Shown piece after piece: positions 37,358 to 50,104 of a DNA stretch of 62,932 bases. The position numbers and the translations under genes are program-made. Below the pieces are notes generated by a model. The model was not told the DNA's origin. It searched no databases and saw only the letters and a list, made by a program, of their open reading frames with translations. Origin of the DNA: Negaprion brevirostris (taxonomy: Eukaryota); the NCBI GenBank assembly GCA_030324005.1, contig JARDVH010000163.1:46504754-46567685 (forward strand). Reading direction: 5' to 3'. Position 1 is the first letter of the stretch. Each line of letters begins with the position of its first letter.

Positions 37358-37625
37358 TGATGACTATGGAGGATCACTGATAGATCTCCCCACAAGCCTC
37401 AATGAATATGAGCTCCCCTATTAGGTGAATTGAGGCTCTTCCAATAAGGAAGGAGCAGTGGGGTGTTTAAAACCAGCTGGCTCCACTCAGACCAGCAGTC
37501 AATAGACTCAGGACTGATCTGCACTCTGTGGCTGTTGAATGCTGCTCAGATGTTGCTGTAAATAAAAGAGTGTTTGGTGACGGAAGACTGGCCTTGGTAA
37601 GATTGGCCTTGGTATGATTATTGTT
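37358..37625 (+). mobile_element. Probable short solo LTR (Gypsy-type)
   Basis: TG-like start, TATA-like TTTAAAA (~37466), AATAAA (~37561) about 60 bp before the end; termini degraded. Confidence 0.4.
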
Positions 37626-37649
37626 ATTTTGGCAATGTGGAGTAAAGTG

Positions 37650-37790
37650 GTTTTGTGGTCATTAGATTTTTAATTCCAGATTTTTATTGGATCCAAATTT
37701 CACTGTCTGCCAGGGTAGGTCCCAAGAGCATTACCCTGAGTCTCTGGATTACTGGTCTTGTGACAATACCTCTATACTACCTCCTCCCCC
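37650..37790 (-). mobile_element. SINE-B head
   Basis: Reverse complement GGGGAGGAGGTAGTATAGAGGTATTGTCACAAGACCAGTAATCCAGAGACTCAGGGTAATGCTCTTGGGA, homologous to 16813-16875. Confidence 0.7.
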
Positions 37791-37974
37791 TACTTATGCA
37801 GCAGTACAACTATTTTTCATATCTTGGGAATCTCCTCCCGACAAAGGCAGATGTAGGTGATAAAGTTGATCATTGCGTCCAATGTGGCAGCTCAGACTTT
37901 GGCTGAATGAGGAAAAAGAGTGTATGAGAACCAGGTTCTCGAACCTGAGAATAAGATAATGGTTTACTGGGCAG

Positions 37975-38470
37975 CTGCATTCCAATATGCTTCAGAGATC
38001 CAGACAACCTATTGCAGACATCTCAAAACACTGAAGCGGGATCACCACTGGAAGAACCTTCAAAAGATGTTTTAAATTTAGTGGAAAGAAAGAGGGTCCA
38101 ACAGCAAATCCCTCTTCCAATCCAACATGTCCAGCATTGAGATGCCAAAGATTCAAAACCAACTTCTCTGGGCTGAACATACCATTCATATGCCTAACAC
38201 CACATTCATGAAGCAACTGCTCTACCTGGAATTCGGTCATGTCAGGAGACACCCAGGAAGACAGGGAAAATTCTTTAGGGATGTTCTCAAAGCATCCCTG
38301 AAGAGATCAAACATCCCCATTGAATCATGGGAGTATCTGACCAACCAAAATGAAGCAGGTGCATACAGGAAGCCAGCAAACACAGAGAGATTGTGTCAGG
38401 AATGTCCAGAAGCATAAGTTGAGGCATTGGAGCGAATACACAAAACTTCAAATAATCCATCTATCCAAAC
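37975..38470 (+). mobile_element. RTE-clade LINE ORF C-terminal fragment
   Basis: ORF 38127-38417: MSSIE...QNQLLWAEHTIHMPNTTFMKQLLYLEFGHVRRHPGRQGKFFRDVLKASLK (cf. RTE QLRWAGHV.RM...RLPKQLLY.EL..G.R..G.Q.KRF.D). Confidence 0.85.
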
Positions 38471-39671
38471 CAGATTTTATTATTTATAAGTTAAAATCCA
38501 AAGAGGAAAGTTCCAAAGGGGAAGATGATCAAGTTCTACACTGCAAATGTACCATCTAGTCACAGTTAAAAAAAGTCCACAGTCCAGATATTCCTCTTGC
38601 AGACATTGGTATTTACGCAAAAAGCTTAACTCAACATAATCAATTTAATTCCTGCTTCAAGTGATCCATCCCCAGCTCCTGAAACATCATGACATCTATT
38701 AGTTCTGTTGAATAAAAAGTATCTTGCTAAATATCATGCGATTAGATTTTACCTCCCTGGGTGAAAGCAGACGTTTGGTAAACAGCAGTGGTTCTTCATT
38801 GTGTTTCAGCATCTTGCACGACTCGGTGATCCAGTTTGTCATTATTTCCTCAGATTCTGGCCTGATCATTCAATTAAACAAGAAAATACATTGTGTCATA
38901 ACTGTTTTAATGACCATGATTAATGAACAAATTTTAAGTTTTAGAAGTATTCATAAGTTTCTAAGGTAGCCCAGTTGGCAATGGAACTGTTCAATATTAA
39001 GTGGAAAAATTAGGGCCAGAACTTACTGCAGCTACTGATCAAGTGGTAGGCACCATTCTTTTCACTTGTACTTTCCTTAAGTAATTCCAATGAGATTTTC
39101 CACTGGAATGTCTTCCCAGTTGGAGGTACGCACAGTGCAATGCCCGCTACAGGGCAACTGAGAACAAATGTCGAGAGGTCAAGCAATGGTGCATCTTCAA
39201 AACTAATCAGATTTAAGTATTGTCATGAACTGCCCAGAATCTGCCCAGTATTAAATCAGCTGCAAAATGTTAAATAAGGAGAGGGAAAGTAAGTTCAGAT
39301 GAAGAGACAGAGAGAAGAGAGACAAAGAAAAACATCTCAAGACTTAAACTTTTAATTGTACAATGATTAAAAGGAATGGGACTCCATACTTATAAACATA
39401 ATTAGAGAATATTTGGCAAGGCTCATCACACCATTAAAAGATAACTTAGAGTGAATTAGACAAGTTGTAATTTTCAGTTGTGAGTTTACTTCTTAGCTAT
39501 GGCATCGTTACAGGAGCTTCTCATCACTCAGTACATTTAAATGGGGAATAAGGCACTGAGCTGCTGTTTTTATACAGCACACAGAGGTGCAACACAATTT
39601 GTACTTTCAGATTTTCACATTTAATAACACATTTTTAATTGCCTGAACTTGCTGTTAGATTTGTACAGAGA

Positions 39672-40030
39672 CATACATAGAAAATAGTAGCAGGAATAGG
39701 CCATTTGGTCCTTGAAGCCTGCTCACCATTTATTATGATCATGGCAGATTATCAAATTCAATTGCCTGATCCCTCCTTCACCTGATATTCCTTGATCCCA
39801 TCATTCCGAGAGCTATATCAAAATCCTTCTTGAAATCACACAACATTTTGGCCTCAACTACACTCTGTGGTAGTGAATCCCACAAATTAACAACATACTG
39901 GGTGTTCTTACCTCAGTCCTAAAAGGTTTACCCCTTATCCTCAAATTATAACCCCTAGTTCTGGTCTCCACCACCATTCCAAACATTCTTTCTAAATCTA
40001 CTCTGTCTAATCCTGTTTTAAGTTTTCTTC
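39672..40030 (-). mobile_element. CR1 3' end
   Basis: Begins CATAGAAAATAGTAGCAGGAATAGGCCATT; reverse complement encodes ETRTRGYNLRIRGKPFRTEVR. Confidence 0.85.
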
Positions 40031-40340
40031 ATGTACATAGTACAATATATAAAATAAATACTTATACTTTACATATTCAGATTCAAATATCCTTCATTCA
40101 TCACATAATATTATGCCTACAAATTCAATACATTTGAAATGCTGCCACATTCAACATTTCTATAATATGATATAATATATAACAGTCAATTTGGGAAGAG
40201 GAGTAATTATCTACAATGAATTAAGTGTTTTGATCTAGAATTGGATTATAATTCAGACATATTTTCATATTCATTTCATGTTTCAAAGGAGTTTGTATTT
40301 AAACAATAAACAGTTATAGTTGGTGAGTTAAAATACTTAC

Positions 40341-40416
40341 TGGTCAGTTAGTTCATAACAAGAAAAGGGAGACTGATCTTCTAAGCTTGCTGAATGAGGA
40401 AGATGTCCAATGTTTT
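40341..40416 (-). CDS. Candidate internal exon (76 nt) of an unidentified host gene
   Basis: Acceptor TTTATTTTCTTTCCTTCAAG| and donor CA|GTAAGTA; exactly one open frame, xNIGHLPHSASLEDQSPFSCYELTDx; lies in non-repetitive DNA. Confidence 0.45.
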
Positions 40417-40750
40417 CTTGAAGGAAAGAAAATAAATTTTTATACAATGGTATAGACAAACTTATTTGTTAGTTCAATCAAATTCCTCTGATATAAACAT
40501 TTATTAAGTGATGGTAAGAAACTGTGCTTAAGTGGAAAAATCTGGTTTCTATTGCAGTATTACAGTGTGGGTTTTTCTACTTTGTGAATAAAGCAAATAA
40601 AGATAAACGAAGATTAACCATCAAGTCGGTCTATGGTCAATTAAATTAATGGCGAGCTTAGATCATCATTACAGCAATTATCTAGAAAAAAGTTCTCCTT
40701 ACAGAAAGTATTGCTGACAGGCTATTTGCAAGATGTTCTACTCTGATGAT

Positions 40751-41075
40751 GCAAATACTAGTGAATCATCCAAATAATATGCAAATTCAAATTAAAATAA
40801 ACTATCATTGCTAGAAAATACTGGAAAATATCACCTGAAATTTTCCAGCATTTTCTGGTAATTAAGATAAAAGCAAAATACGACGGACGCTGGAATCTGA
40901 AACAAAAACAGAACTGGCTGGAAAATCTTAGCTGAGATTTTCCAGCATTTTCTGGCAATGATAATTTGTTTTAATTTGAATGTGCATATTATTCAGATGA
41001 TTCACTAATATTTGCGAAGATTTTCCAGTCAGTTCTGTTTTTGTTTCAGATTCCAGCATCTGCAGTATCTTAATT
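40751..41075. repeat. Interleaved inverted repeats A-B-A'-B' built partly from a Penelope terminal-repeat fragment
   Basis: A 40751-40835 / A' 40931-41015 (~85 bp, ~10 mismatches); B 40860-40929 / B' 41017-41075. Confidence 0.9.
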
Positions 41076-41496
41076 AATATTGCAGTGTGTTGTAGAGGAA
41101 TTGTCTTCCATTGTAGAGGAACTGTCGGTAAACAGGAAATAACTTTTTTTAACCATTAGTCAGAGGGAATGAGAATAATAATTCACTGTTAAACGAGCAA
41201 ACTAATTACTTCAACAGAATGAGAAAATAATTGGGCTTCCAGGATTTCAAATACTAAATAAGCATCTCCACTTAACTAGAGAGCTATTGAAGTTATGATA
41301 AACATAATTTTCACTGTTTCTGTTGAAAAATTTGTTGAGGACCCAAAAAAGCCAGCATGTGCCAAAAGCATTTATAAAACCTTCGACAGGTTTTAAACTG
41401 AGAATAAGGTGAATGTCATTGAAAAAAAACTGATATGCCCACTGACACCAGACCGAGTATGACCCAGGCATCGAGAATTTATCTTATTCAGGAATG

Positions 41497-41770
41497 GCAG
41501 GGTGGCACAGTGGTTAGCATGCTGCCTCACAGCACCAGGGAACCAGGTTCAATTCCCGGCTTGGGTCACTGTGTGTGTGGAATCTGTATGTTCTCCCCAT
41601 GNNNNNNNNNNNNNNNNNNNNNNNNNNNNNNNNNCCAAAAATTGTGCTGGTTAGGTGCATTGCCCATGCTAAATTCTCCCTCAGTGTGCCCGAACAATGC
41701 GGTGACGAGGAGATTTTCACAGTAACTTCATTGAAGTATTGATATAAGCCTGTTTGTGAATAAACTTTAA
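41497..41770 (+). mobile_element. V-SINE with alternative tail (contains a gap)
   Basis: A box, B box GGTTCAATTCC, V core, tail GATTTTCACAGTAACTTCATTG...GTGAATAAACTTTA. Confidence 0.9.
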
Positions 41771-41960
41771 ATCGTAGAATTTTTCCTAATTTTAATATGA
41801 CCACTTTTTCCAAAAAAAAAGATCTATACACCATTTCTGTTGATGGTACTTAGACAGGTTACATTTCTTACTGTGTAAGAGACAAAGAGATACAGAGACA
41901 TGCAGACAACACAAAATAGCATATTCAGTATTCAAAGAGGCCCATAAGATACAGCACAAA

Positions 41961-42099
41961 CCAATGCTGATAGGTATGAGTCTTGTTCCATCCATTGTTA
42001 TTAGATATAGATCTTGTCCATCCAATGCTTAGATATGGGTATTGTCCATCTAGTGCTGTTAAGTATGGGTCTTGTCCATCCAATGCTGTCAGGCCTATG
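41961..42099. repeat. Degenerate ~30-bp minisatellite, ~4.5 copies
   Basis: Consensus CCAATGCTGTTAGGTATGGGTCTTGTCCAT; units start at 41961, 41992, 42022, 42050 and 42080. Confidence 0.85.
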
Positions 42100-42156
42100 A
42101 CTTAGCCCCTCCCCTACCTCCTGACAGGTATTGGTAATTCGCGAGTGAACCATCTG

Positions 42157-42400
42157 AACACAAGAATTAAGAGCATGAGGAGGCCATTCCACCCCACATG
42201 CCTGCTCCACCATTCAGTTCGATCATGGCTGATCTGATTGTGGCCTCAACTGCACTTTCCATTCTATCTCCCGTAACCCATTACTCCATTTTTCATCAAA
42301 AATTGACCTAACTCAGCCTTTAATATGTGCAATAATCATGACTCCACCATGCTGGGAAGGTGAATTGCACAGACCAAATAATCCTCAGAGAAAAAAAATC
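42157..42400 (-). mobile_element. CR1 3' end with deletions
   Basis: AGGAGGCCATTC...CCTGCTCCACCATTCAGTTCGATCATGGCTGATCTG. Confidence 0.75.
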
Positions 42401-44899
42401 TCCTATTCCTCCCTCCGATGTTTCCAAGTTCTGCCAGACCCAGCTTTGCCTTCCACAGTTCAAACCAGTCTCCACCTCCATAGCAATGTCAGGCCAAAGG
42501 AGCATTCCTTGCTGCAAAAGTTCCACAGCACCTATCCAACACCATATATAGGAATGTCACTCAAGTTCTGCCAAGCCCTAAGACCAGTCTCTCTAGTTCT
42601 TGAAGGTAAGGATATACCAAATGCAATCAAACCACAGGAGTGTTCCATGTGCAGCTAAATCCCATTCCCAACATTTTATATTACAAAATACAATGTCTTA
42701 CGTTTAAACCAACCATGGCCATGGTAGTTACACTAGGGCTGCAAACACCAGTGTTCTCTGGCACTTTTCTTGCCAGAGTGCACACTGACACTTGGAGGGC
42801 ACTCCTCACTTGCATACGGGCAGCAGCTCCCTGCTCCATTCTGGGCAAATCTGAGGCACCTACCATGACAAAAGATGGAAACTCTGGCACCAATTTCTTC
42901 AGAGCCTTAGGTTCCAATCTTGGTTTGACTGCCAGTTGAGGCCTACCTGTACCCTTTTGGGGGCTGGTCAGCATGCTTTATCTGATTTGCTGCACTGGCC
43001 TGAATTTGTGTATCCCATTGCAAAGGAAACTGGAACTCAGTGCAGGAAATCACCATCAACAGTTCAGACGGTGACCCTGTTAACAGGGGCAGAAGCTACA
43101 TCTGCAACAAGTGCCACTAGAAACTCTGGTGTAAGGCTCAGACACAGTACATTCAGTTCCCAGCGGAGTTTCCAGGCATTTCATTGGACAACCAAAGCTA
43201 CTGTAATGACCACATCAATTTGAGTCTCACACATATATCTTCAATTCATGGAGCTTGTACACCATCATCCTATGTATTATTAGCTTTGAAGGTGAAATAA
43301 TAAAGATAAGATAACAAATATTAATATAGGTATATTTATATATGTACTCAAGACCATTCATTTCAGTTTTCATCAAGTACAGAATAGAGTTGTAGAATTA
43401 AGAGTCCAAAATCCTGCAACGACAATAAGTAAAAATGGAATAACTTGTTTCTTCACTAAATGAAATAGCCAGACGTTATCCCCTGCATAGCAAGTGTTCT
43501 GAAACACTGAGAAACAATATTGACATATTTGTTGATTTAAAGTTTACACTGAACAGAACAAATATGCAAATATTAAGCCACAAAAGACAGCATTGTGTCA
43601 GCAGTAAACTTATAGACTGAATCAACAAACATTTTTTCAGAACTTTCTTCCAAAATGAGAAGTCACTTCTAAAATCCTAAACAAACCTCAAAAATAAACT
43701 TTAAGCAACAAGAAATTTCTAAATCACTATATTATTCCTGATTGGTTAAGAGTGACAGTTACAAGTGCAAGACACAGACTCAAAAGACTGAGGCCTGTGT
43801 CTTAATCTGAAGCAACAAAGGGAGCACACAGCCCCCAGTGTGATTGGCTGTATGTTACGCTGCTAGGCAACCCACATATTCCGTCTCAATATTTTGTGGG
43901 GTCAAAATGTGCTTTTCCTATTTACCCAGACTGGTAGTCGAGCGATTTTGTTTTTCGTTGTTTGGCCACAGTGAGCCCAGAGACTTTCAGCACCATCATG
44001 GTGTACAAGAATGTTCAAACACTTGTTGAGGGAGTGCACAAGGTATCTGAGTGCTGGCTCTGAGCTATCTTGCATATTCAGAACTATTCATCCGACAACA
44101 CACAGCACCTCAGCAAATTAGGAATTCCCAATGTTATACTCTCAATTTACACAGAGTTCCCTGAACAAAACATTGGAAAATTATGTGAGAGGTACAATGT
44201 TGAATGATTTCTGAAACATTGTGACCAGGAAGCCAGAAAATTAAGCAATCAGAGGAGATTTGAAACCTATGGTTGTGCTGAATTGTGAGTTAGCATTTAA
44301 TCATTTCAAATATCAATTCTTCTGTGAGAAAAGATCCATATAATTTAATACTTTCTGATGTATGGATATTTTACAAATTCATCAGGACACTGAGGGAAAT
44401 TTCAAATGATTTTCACTCCAGGTAAAGCATTGTGAGATCAAGGGCTCGATTCACATGGTGTTAGCTTCACGATGGGATTTGCATTTGCTTACGCAATTTG
44501 TTATCAACCTGGTTGCCTCAGAAGGGCCAGCAGTGGTAAAATCACAGGTCACTGCAACCTGGGAAAAAAACATATGGAGTTGTGCCATTTCATTTTAAAA
44601 CATCCTGTTAAAAGAGCCACACGTTAAGCAGTGTGAAAGAGCAACAGTACTCAGCAGAGGATCTGCATTGGGCAATGAAGCAGAATCACTCTAAGAGGGG
44701 TTTCCAAGATTTTCTGATCCATCTACTGACATGTTGCTCACAGAAATCAAGAAGAAGAGAGTCAATTTCTTGAGGACTGAGAACAGGAAATCACATACAA
44801 AGTTTGCCTGCAATGAGAAGGTATACTCGCGGAAGGATAGGTGTTTCACGGAGGCAGTACCTGCAAGCAGTGCATTATTCACTCTGTGTTTTATCTGGC

Positions 44900-45145
44900 C
44901 CTGAACAGAGCTTCCATATCCTCTGCATTACGAAGACTGCCCAATTCCACCTCTATAACATCATCTGCCTCGGCCCCTGTTTCATCTCATCTGTTGCCAA
45001 AACGCTTTGTATTTGCCACCTCCAGATTTAACTATTACAATACCCTGGCTAGTCTCTCTTCCTCCATGCTCCATACACTTCAATTGATCATATATCCATC
45101 TCCTATCCTGCACCAAATGCCACTTATCCATCACCCCTGTGCCTA
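44900..45145 (+). mobile_element. L2 LINE ORF2 fragment
   Basis: HILCITKTAQFHLYNIICLGPCFISSVAKTL / TSRFNYYNTLASL (cf. L2 KTA.FHLRNIARLRP.LS...AETLIHAFVTSRLDY.N). Confidence 0.8.
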
Positions 45146-45832
45146 TCTAAAGAATGGAGCTGTTCAGTCTCTTTATTTTTCAGTTTCTACAATGAAGTTT
45201 ATAAAACATCAGATCTGTAAAAAAGCTTGTATTACTGCATGAATAACAAAGTTCATCTGAGGAAATGTGAAACAACCCTGTGGTAATGCAATTAATGGAT
45301 ATTGCTATTTCCACAACTGAATACTTAATTGCTCTCTTGGTGGTTACAGACCTCAGGCTTGATTTTGAATGCTGCGAAAGTGAATAGGTTTTGAGTGAGT
45401 TAAAATTGGGCCCCAGGTCTTCATCCAGCAACTGGTATAATTTTGCTTTGGCTCCAGGGAAAAGCACAGTGCCCTGTGTCATTAATGGTCAGAGAAATTC
45501 AAGTAGGACTTTCTAGATCGAGATACCCGAGAGAGTGAGTACTGACATGTAAGAAGCAGATGTTTTCTGTGATGTCTTATTCCAAAATCCCATATTTATT
45601 CTCTGTCATATCCTCCTCTTCATAACATAATCAGCCATCTCCTGCTCCTTAGTCCTATGTTCTTATTTCCTTAAGCTATTTTCCCAATTCACAAATGTAT
45701 TTTCTCAAGCAATATCCATCAGCAATTTCAAAGCAAAAACCAACAAAAGACCACTATGAAGGCAAAGTTCCTTCATGCTTCATTCATAATATCCAAAGGG
45801 TTTCCTCAATGCAGGGGCCAGCTCCAGGTAGT

Positions 45833-46610
45833 CACATAAAAACATAAGATAGGAGCAGGGGGAGGCCATTTAGCCCTTCAAGCCTGCTCCGCCATTCATC
45901 ATCATCCGACTCAATACTTAATCCTGCTTTCTCCCCATAAGCTTTGATCTCATTTGGCCCCAGCCACCTCTTGAATACATTCAATGTTTTAGCATCAACT
46001 ACTTCTTGTGGTAATGAATTCCACAGGCTCATCACTCTTTGGGTCAACAGATGTCTCCTCGTCTCTATCCTAAATGGTCCCTGCATCCTCAGAATGTGAC
46101 GCCTGGTTCTATACACCTCTACTATCAGGAACATTCTTCCTGCATCTACCCTGTCTAGTTCTGTTTGAATTTTATAAGTCTCCGTGAGATCTCCCCTCAT
46201 TTTCGCTAGAATTGAGACAACAATCCTAACATAGTCAGACAATCTCTACTCATACATCGGTCCCATCATCCCCAGAATCAGCCTGGTAAACCTTCGCTGC
46301 ATTCCCTCAAGAGCAAGAAATGTCAGCTATGTCCACCCACGTATATGTGGGGGTGGCACAGTGGTTAGCACTGCCACTTCACAGCAAAGGAGACCAAAAC
46401 TGTACACAATACTCTAGGTGTGGCCTCACCAAGGCCCTGTATAATTGCAACAACACATCCCTGCTCCTGTACGCAAAGCCTCTTGCAGTGAAGACCAACA
46501 TACCATTTGCCTTCTTTACTGCCTCCTGCACCTGTATGCTTACCTTCAGTGACTGGTGCACAAGGACACCCAGGTCCTGCTGAACGCTCCCCTCTCCCAA
46601 TTTACAATCA
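45833..46610 (-). mobile_element. CR1 3' ~780 bp
   Basis: QQDLGVLVHQSLKVSIQVQEAVKKANGML...LYRALVRPHLEYCVQFWSP; MRGDLTETYKI...TQRVMSLWNSLP. Confidence 0.93.
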
Positions 46611-46759
46611 CCTGCTGCTTATACAACCAATAAAATAGTGATAGTTCTCTCTGAGAGGTAAAGTTTGAAATAAAGGGTGGCCCCGCTGGAGGGGGGGAGA
46701 TGGAGGGGGGGGTGTGGGGATGATGTAGAAGTGTCAGCTATGCCGACCCACATATATGT

Positions 46760-47051
46760 GGGGGCAGCACAGTAGCACAGTGGTTAGTTAGCACTGCCAC
46801 TTCACAGCGCCAAGTACCCAGGTTCGATTCCTGACTTGGGTCACCGTCTGTGTGGTGTTTGCATGTTCTCCCCGTGTCTGTGTGGGTTCTCTCTGGGTAC
46901 TCTGGTTTCCTCCCACAGTCTGAAAGACGTGCTGGTTTGGTGCATTGACCTGAACAAGCGCTGGACTGTGGCGATTAGGGGAATTTCATAGTAACTTTAT
47001 TGCAGTGTTAATGTATGCCTGACTTACGACTAATAAATAAAACTTACTTTT
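46760..47051 (+). mobile_element. Full-length V-SINE with alternative tail
   Basis: B box GGTTCGATTCC, V core, tail GGGGAATTTCATAGTAACTTTATTGCAGTGTTAATG...ACTAATAAATAAAAC. Confidence 0.92.
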
Positions 47052-50000
47052 ATATGTGGCATGGTGAACAACAAGAACAATGACCAGCTTGTCAATTTAC
47101 AGTTTTAGTCATCATTCTTTGAACATAGAGGTGAAGTAAATCAGATTTTATGCTTTACAACCATGCAGAAACAAATAAGATTTTTCAAAAATCCAGCATT
47201 ACTTACCAAGATGCTGATACCAAACATCTTGCAATATTTAAATTTTAGAAAGTTTAAGATGTTGTTTATTGGGAAAAAAGCTTATGTTTGAATAGTTTTG
47301 CTAGCTGTAATTACACTCTACGTAGAAACTGGAGTTAAACTTTTCCACTGAACTCGATTGACCACTGTAAATGTACTTGAATGTTAAGACCTAATGTGGA
47401 ACCATATCAAATTCCAAATCAGAAGCAGGAGTAACAGCATCAGCAAAAGAACCAGTGTCAAATTACATTTTGTATTTCATAACTTCATCAGCAGGGAACA
47501 TGGGTGTCCCAATGGTGGCAGCAAATGGAGTAGGCTTGATCTTGTGTGTGACAGAAATGATATTGTTTTTGTCAGTTACTATTAGTGTAACAGGAGGGCG
47601 CTGGCTACTTCTTGTTCCTTCCTTCATTCGCTGAAAACACATCATACTGAAATTCAAGAATCATTAGTCAATTACAAATTCTAAGTGAATCAGAATTTGA
47701 ATAGCTGGTCATTTAAAAGAATCTCCACTTGAGAATTATTTTCTCTTTGTTCAGGTGAGATGCCTCCCTGGGGAGGAAACAAATTGAATTGGAACGTAAG
47801 CACCTCGACCGAATGCATTATATTCTTTTAAAGGACTACTATGATAGAATTAGTAATACCGGAAATACATATCCAGTATATTTTAAATACAACTCTGCAT
47901 ATTAAATGGTTTAACAGCTTAATAATATTTGGCTATGAAACCTGTAATACCATTGCTCCAGTAATGTCACTCTTTGTTTAAAATGTTCATTGAGTAGCAT
48001 CCAATCAATTCAGTATCATATTTTTCTCAGTTATAATAAACAAGTTAACATATGAAAGAAAAATATGCCGATAGCTCCTCAGTTTTAAAGATTAACAACA
48101 TAGTGGTTATAATGCGCCAAAACTAGCTCATTAATTATTACCAACTACGCCTGACTCTTTTCTTATTGCAGGCATTAATAATAACAATCACAATCTAATT
48201 TAGCACTAAATGTAATCACTCACTGAATGAAATGTTTTCACTGAATTCAATTATAAAATCGAACAGAAATGTGTGAGGGGATATAATGTTTGTAGAGTTG
48301 ATCAAGTGTGCGACTGAAATAAACAGTATATCAAAGTACAGAGTATGCCCATAAATTTCAAGAAAATAGAAATGACCAATGGCAACTTTATGCACAACTA
48401 TACACCTGAACATATAATTACAATGGCTAAATTTAATCTTTAATCAAGAAATTATAGTAAGAAAATAAGCACAAAATCTTCTGAGAAAGAAATGCACTTT
48501 TAATACTGAGAAGGAAATGAATCAATGAAGTTTTAAAACAGGTGGTAAAATTAAGGGGGTTTTGGAGGGTTACAAATTGCAGGATAAAACTAACACAAGA
48601 TTGACTTAATTGATCCAAATTGTCTTACAAAACAAGTGTATGTTATCCAGTGACTTGAAAACTATATCAGACATCAGATTTTTCCCCACAAATAAAACTA
48701 ATTATATGAGATAATTAATTTTGCATTTATAACAAATTATGTCATAAGCCTGCTTCAGTGATGCTTGTTAAAGATGGTTGCTTAAGAAAAGAAAAACTGT
48801 CAAGTTACTTCAGCTACTATGTTCCTTTAACTGCAAACTGAAGTCTCAAAATATATTTGAGATATCTTTTTAGTCATTTTCTTTCTGACTTACTTGCTTT
48901 TATTCAGACTTCCAAAAACATACAATAGTATATAAACAACTGGGACAGCACATCTCTTTAGGCAGTTTTTATTAGATTCAGTGCTTTTTGTTCAAGACAT
49001 TCTCAGAACTTCACTATGACAACATTAGATCAAACTGCTTTAGTTATACAATAGTAATGGCCTTGCTACACAGTCTCTTCTGCATAGTATCTATTAAGAA
49101 TGCAGTCTGCATTCACGATAACTGTTAAAGTTTTCTGTATTTTTGCAACAATGGATGCCTAACTTACTTGAACAGCTCAAAGATATCAACAGTGGCCTGA
49201 CCTCAGATCACTGTCAAAAGAACAGAACTGAATAAGGTAGTAATACCATTTTAAAGGTTCTGCCAATGTTTTCCCTTAAGGGCTTCATAGATACTGATCT
49301 ATTTTTTATTGCAACATGCATCCTTCAACCAACAGAGTTTTAGTTTTAGTGTTAGATACTAGGAAGGTAAGATCTTGAGAGAAGATTGCTGTCATACATT
49401 TAATATATCTTCCCTGTTCTCTCACTGGTTGATATTTATACTTTGTTTTATCTTTATATAACTTGTCCTTTTTCAAGTAAAAGAATGGAGCCTTCCTACT
49501 GGAGTCAAAATGCACAAATACTGCATGATATCCTTCAGTTAACAGAAGGACCTCAAAATTAACAGCTTGATCCATTCAAAGAAATGTAAATAAAAAATAC
49601 ACTTTTAATTCACAGAAAAATCATGAATCCATTATATTACAAGTGTATTCCGAACTCAATACTTTTCTGGATAATGCAATTTGGAGAACACACACAAGTG
49701 ATTCACAAATGGGTTGAAATCACATTATAACCTAAACAGTTTACAGTTGTATAAACTACACAAACCCTAAATCACGATTAGTAATAGTGCTCTGATCCTA
49801 ATCATACAGTGATCAACACAGACACATGGAAATCATTGCAAGCAACAAAACTGATGTCACGCAGCCATGCCTAGAAATTAAAAACTAATTTTTAAAACTA
49901 CTCCTCCCATGTGACAACTGTATGAAAAGTTTGGTTGCAATTTAATAGCAGCCACTGAACTCATTTTACACTAAGTTCACCATTTTCTCAAAGAGGTCCA

Positions 50001-50104
50001 ATACATTTATCAGGCTGGACCTCACACTGAGAAAACCATGCCAACGTCTTTGTTGGTCATATTGTCACAGTTCTTCAATGTTCCCTCCATCAAAATGCCT
50101 TCCA

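Noticed and set aside
41961-42099. ~30-bp repeats as a CRISPR array
   Set aside because: Units are contiguous and degenerate with no unique spacers, there are no cas genes, and the DNA is vertebrate; this is a minisatellite.
47463-47657. Minus-strand ORF after a TGTTTTCAG acceptor, and a CTCF-like CAGGAGGGCGCT motif
   Set aside because: No recognisable protein similarity; the motif lacks the 5' CCAS part of the CTCF core.
49306-49575. 89-aa minus-strand ORF in unique DNA
   Set aside because: No splice signals or domain features; composition fits AT-rich non-coding DNA.
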